Position numbers and translations under genes: made by a program. A stretch of 41,656 bases of DNA, taken from NCBI GenBank assembly GCA_964347125.1, contig CAYFXO010000005.1, positions 1 to 41,656 on the forward strand, in the 5' to 3' direction. The notes under the pieces are model-generated. The model was given only the letters and a program-made list of their open reading frames with translations, ran no database searches and was not told the DNA's origin. The DNA comes from an uncultured Methanomassiliicoccales archaeon (lineage in GTDB: Archaea > Thermoplasmatota > Thermoplasmata > RBG-16-68-12 > CAYFXO01). Positions 38,750 through 41,656 of the stretch are shown piece by piece (position 1 is the first letter of the stretch; the number at the start of each line of letters is the position of its first letter).

Positions 38750-40189
38750 CTAGAGGTGGGCCTTCAGGATCTCGGGGACCATCGCCGCGACGTCGGAGGC
38801 CGTCATCCCGTAGCTTCGACGGGCGAAGGCCCATTCCCCCGCCAACCCCGTCATCCAAGCTGCCAGGCGGGCGGCGTCGAAGGGGGCCATCCCCCGGCCC
38901 ATGAGGCCGCCGGCGACTCCCGCCAGGACGTCCCCCGTGCCCCCCACGGTCATCGCGGCGCACCCGGTCCGGTTGCGCTTCGTCCGCACCCCGTCGGTGA
39001 TGATGTCCACCCGCCCCTTGACCAGGAGGCAGACGTCCCACTGTTGGGCGAACGTCTCCGCGGCGTTCAGGCGTTGGTCGACGCCGCCCCGAACGGGCTT
39101 CCCGCGGAGGATGTCGAACTCCCCCGCGTGGGGGGTGAGGACGGCGTCGGCGTTCTCCAGGCAGGTCGGATCCTCGGCCACGGCCTTCAGGCCGTCGGCG
39201 TCGACGACCACGGGCACGTCGGCGGCCCGGATGACCTGGCGCAGGGCCTCGAGGGTCTCCGGGTTCAGGCCCGCCCCTGGACCAACGAGGAGGACGTCGG
39301 CGGCCTCCGCCAACCATTGGATGTCCTTCACGTCGTCCGGCCGGAGCCACTCCTCGCCCACGGCGTCCACGAGGAAGTTCGGGGAGTAGGAGGCGACGAC
39401 GGTCCGGATGGAGGAGGGCACGGCGAGGTCCACGAGGTCCACCCCGGCGGCGTAGGCGCCGAAGGCGGACAGGGCGGGGGCGCCGGTGAAGGGGCCGCCG
39501 CCCACCACGAGGAGCCGCCCGTTGTCCCCCTTGTGGGAGTCCGGGCGGGACGCGGGGTAGAGGGTCATCTCCCCCGGGCCCGTGAAGGTCTCCGCCTCCT
39601 CGGGGATCCCGATGGACATCACGATGATCTCCCCGGAGTTGCGCTCGTTCATGCCTTCCTTGACGTCGTGGAGGGTCACGGTGGCCGTGGGCTTCACCGC
39701 GGTGCGGGTCCCGAGGCCGCTGGGGACGTCGATGGAGACCACGGGCACCTCGACGGCGTTGAGGGCGGCGATGGCGGACGCGTAGGGCTCCCGCACCTCC
39801 CCCGTGAGGCCGACGCCGAGGAGGGCGTCGATGAGGACGTCCGACCCCTTCAGGGCCGCCGCGAGATCCTCGGGGGCCTCGAAGACCTCCACGGTCTCCG
39901 GCAGGGCCTCCAAATTGCTCTGGGAGAGCTCCGTCCGGAGGCCCTCCCGCCCGCGGAGGAGGATGACCCGGACCTGGCTCTTCTCCGCGAGGTACCGCGC
40001 GGCGACGAGGCCGTCCCCCGCGTTGTTGCCGGAGCCGCAGACGAGGGTGACCGTCTTCCCCTCCGTCTCGAACTCCCGGGTCGCGACGGCGGCCACGGCC
40101 CGCCCCGCGTTCTCCATGAGCTCGGAGGTGGGGACGCCCAGGGCCTCGGCGTTCCGGTCGAGGACGCGGATTTCGGGAAAGGGGAGCAC
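38750..40189 (-). CDS. nnr: Bifunctional NAD(P)H-hydrate repair enzyme (NAD(P)HX epimerase / ADP-dependent dehydratase, YjeF-type)
   Basis: N-terminal YjeF_N: VLDRNAEALGVPTSELMENAGRAV ... VCGSGNNAGDGLVAARYL. The C-terminal carbohydrate-kinase part has HKGDNGRLLVVGG and GGTGDVLAG. TATA-like TTAATAG lies 24-30 nt upstream. Confidence 0.9.
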   Translation of the reverse strand: MLPFPEIRVLDRNAEALGVPTSELMENAGRAVAAVATREFETEGKTVTLVCGSGNNAGDGLVAARYLAEKSQVRVILLRGREGLRTELSQSNLEALPETVEVFEAPEDLAAALKGSDVLIDALLGVGLTGEVREPYASAIAALNAVEVPVVSIDVPSGLGTRTAVKPTATVTLHDVKEGMNERNSGEIIVMSIGIPEEAETFTGPGEMTLYPASRPDSHKGDNGRLLVVGGGPFTGAPALSAFGAYAAGVDLVDLAVPSSIRTVVASYSPNFLVDAVGEEWLRPDDVKDIQWLAEAADVLLVGPGAGLNPETLEALRQVIRAADVPVVVDADGLKAVAEDPTCLENADAVLTPHAGEFDILRGKPVRGGVDQRLNAAETFAQQWDVCLLVKGRVDIITDGVRTKRNRTGCAAMTVGGTGDVLAGVAGGLMGRGMAPFDAARLAAWMTGLAGEWAFARRSYGMTASDVAAMVPEILKAHL

Positions 40190-40265
40190 GGCGCCGGATT
40201 CGGAGGTCGGCCTATTAACGTTGCGGGCTCGACACCGTTAAGACCCGCTCTTTGCTTCGGGGACC

Positions 40266-41354
40266 GTGGCCCGCCTGGACTCCCGGATGCTCGTGGCCAT
40301 CGCTCTCGTCCCGGTCCCCATCAGCCTCATCCTCCGGTTCGCGGGGGGCCCGCCCGCGGCCCTCTTCGCCGTGGCGGGGATCGCCATCATCCCTCTCGCG
40401 TACCTCATGGGGGTGGCCACGGAGGAGCTGGGGAAGGACATGGGGGCGGGCATCGGCGGCCTCCTCAACGCGACCTTCGGGAACGCCACGGAGATCATCA
40501 TCGCGTTGTTCGCGCTGAACGCGGGCCTCATCACGGTGGTGAAGGCGAGCCTCACGGGGTCCATCGTGGGGAACATCCTCCTGGTGCTGGGCCTGAGCCT
40601 CCTCCTGGGGGGCGCGCGGCACAAGCGGCAGACCTTCGAGCGGCGCGCGGCGGCCACCCGCTCCACGATGCTCACCCTCGCCGTCGCGGGCCTCCTCATG
40701 CCCACGGCCGCCCTCCTGGCGTTCAGCGTGGGCGGGCTGGACCCGGCGGAGGAGGCGCGCCTCCAGGGGATCCTGGGGGACCTGAGCGTGTGGATCGCCC
40801 TCGTGCTGCTGGCGACCTACTTCCTGGGCCTCCTGTTCTCCCTCCACACCCACCGCCACCTCTTCAATCCCGCGGGGGAGCACGCGCCGCGTATCTGGAG
40901 CCGCCGGATGGCCTTCGGGGTGCTCGTGGGGGCGACGGCCTTGGTCTCCCTGGAGAGCGAACTCCTCGTGTCCTCCCTGGAAAGCGCGAAGGACGCCCTC
41001 GGCGTGAACGACCTCTTCATGGGGGTCATCATCATCGCGGTCGTGGGGAACGCCGCGGAGCACGGGTCCGCCATCCTCACCGCGTGGCGGAACGAGATGG
41101 ACCTGGCGGTGGGCATCGCCACCGCCTCCAGCACCCAGATTGCCCTGTTCGCCGCCCCCATCCTGGTGTTCGCGGGAGTCCTCATGGGACAGGCCATGGA
41201 CCTGGCCTTCGAGACCTTCGAGATCCTCTCCATGGCCCTGGCCGTGGCCGTGGTCGCCATGGTGGCGGGGGACGGGGAGTCGAACTGGTTCGAGGGGGTG
41301 CTCCTCTTGATGCTGTACGCGGTCATCGCCATCGGATTCTACTTCCACCCGTGA
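40266..41354 (+). CDS. Ca2+/H+ (cation) antiporter, CaCA family
   Basis: Two alpha-repeat motifs, GNATEIIIALFA and GNAAEHGSAI, and ~10-11 hydrophobic segments. Starts at GTG 40266; ATG 40287 is an alternative. Confidence 0.85.
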   Translation: MARLDSRMLVAIALVPVPISLILRFAGGPPAALFAVAGIAIIPLAYLMGVATEELGKDMGAGIGGLLNATFGNATEIIIALFALNAGLITVVKASLTGSIVGNILLVLGLSLLLGGARHKRQTFERRAAATRSTMLTLAVAGLLMPTAALLAFSVGGLDPAEEARLQGILGDLSVWIALVLLATYFLGLLFSLHTHRHLFNPAGEHAPRIWSRRMAFGVLVGATALVSLESELLVSSLESAKDALGVNDLFMGVIIIAVVGNAAEHGSAILTAWRNEMDLAVGIATASSTQIALFAAPILVFAGVLMGQAMDLAFETFEILSMALAVAVVAMVAGDGESNWFEGVLLLMLYAVIAIGFYFHP

Positions 41355-41360
41355 TGCGTC

Positions 41361-41656
41361 ATGCGGAAGGCCCTCACCGCGAACGTCGTCCTCCTGGGGG
41401 TGGTGAGCCTCCTCACGGACTTCAGCTCGGAGATCCTCTTCCCCCTGCTCCCGTTCTTCCTCACCCTCGAGCTGGCGGCGAGCTTCGCGCTGCTGGGCGT
41501 CATGGAGGGGGTGGCGGAGGCGCTGGCCTCCGCGTCCCAGATCGCCTGGGGGCGGGTGAGCGACCGGACGGGCCGGCGGACGCCCCTCATCCGCCTGGGC
41601 TACGGTCTCTCCGCGATGTTCAAGCCCCTCTTCGTCGTCGCCCCGGGGGCCCTCCA
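41361..41656 (+). CDS. MFS-type transporter (5' partial, runs off the window)
   Basis: ATG 41361. MRKALTANVVLLGVVSLLTDFSSEILFPLLPFFLT ... GRVSDRTGRRTPLI resembles the TM1 through loop 2-3 motif (G-x-x-x-D-R-x-G-R-R) of MFS proteins. Absent from the ORF track because there is no stop in the window. Confidence 0.65.
   Translation, partial: MRKALTANVVLLGVVSLLTDFSSEILFPLLPFFLTLELAASFALLGVMEGVAEALASASQIAWGRVSDRTGRRTPLIRLGYGLSAMFKPLFVVAPGAL

Noticed and set aside
1-41656. CRISPR arrays, IS elements, integrases, toxin-antitoxin or other defence modules
   Set aside because: I looked for short regularly spaced repeats, transposase/integrase-like ORFs and small paired ORFs and found none. The only long repeat is the intragenic 1008-bp tract.

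Overview
GC-rich (about two-thirds G+C by eye) archaeal chromosomal window. Archaeal hallmarks are an SRP 7S RNA with helix-6 GGAG and helix-8 GGAA tetraloops, NAC, ABCE1, and TATA boxes 25-32 nt upstream of many start codons (leaderless-type promoters). The lineage cannot be fixed from sequence alone; a GC-rich Thermoplasmatota-like euryarchaeon is only a guess. I support about 33 protein genes, one tRNA-Val(UAC) and one SRP RNA. I saw no CRISPR array, transposase/integrase or recognisable defence gene. The many long R/G/P-rich ORFs antisense to, or out of frame with, the genes listed here are GC artefacts. Housekeeping genes include an FmdE-like protein, NAC, ABCE1, DedA, dihydroorotase, AMMECR1, a CBS/V4R/Roadblock trio, a metallophosphoesterase, Nnr, a CaCA antiporter and an MFS transporter. 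Two accessory-looking loci stand out. (i) 121-8182 holds six genes whose products all begin with a pilin-like hydrophobic head. One of them is a 1689-aa giant with a lamin-tail domain and amphipathic helical repeat blocks. (ii) 22157-37829 holds an Opp/Dpp-type ABC importer in which every component carries an extra module. These are a membrane-bound double-wHTH regulator, two ~935-aa anchored binding proteins, and a permease with a ~240-aa beta-sandwich insert. A second permease has a ~805-aa nested double-propeller insert, one ATPase has a coiled-coil insert, and the other ATPase has a C4HC3 zinc module. Three of the locus promoters share a motif found nowhere else in the window. The two binding-protein genes share a 1008-bp 100% identical tract. 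A 1747-aa secreted S8 protease lies between the two loci.
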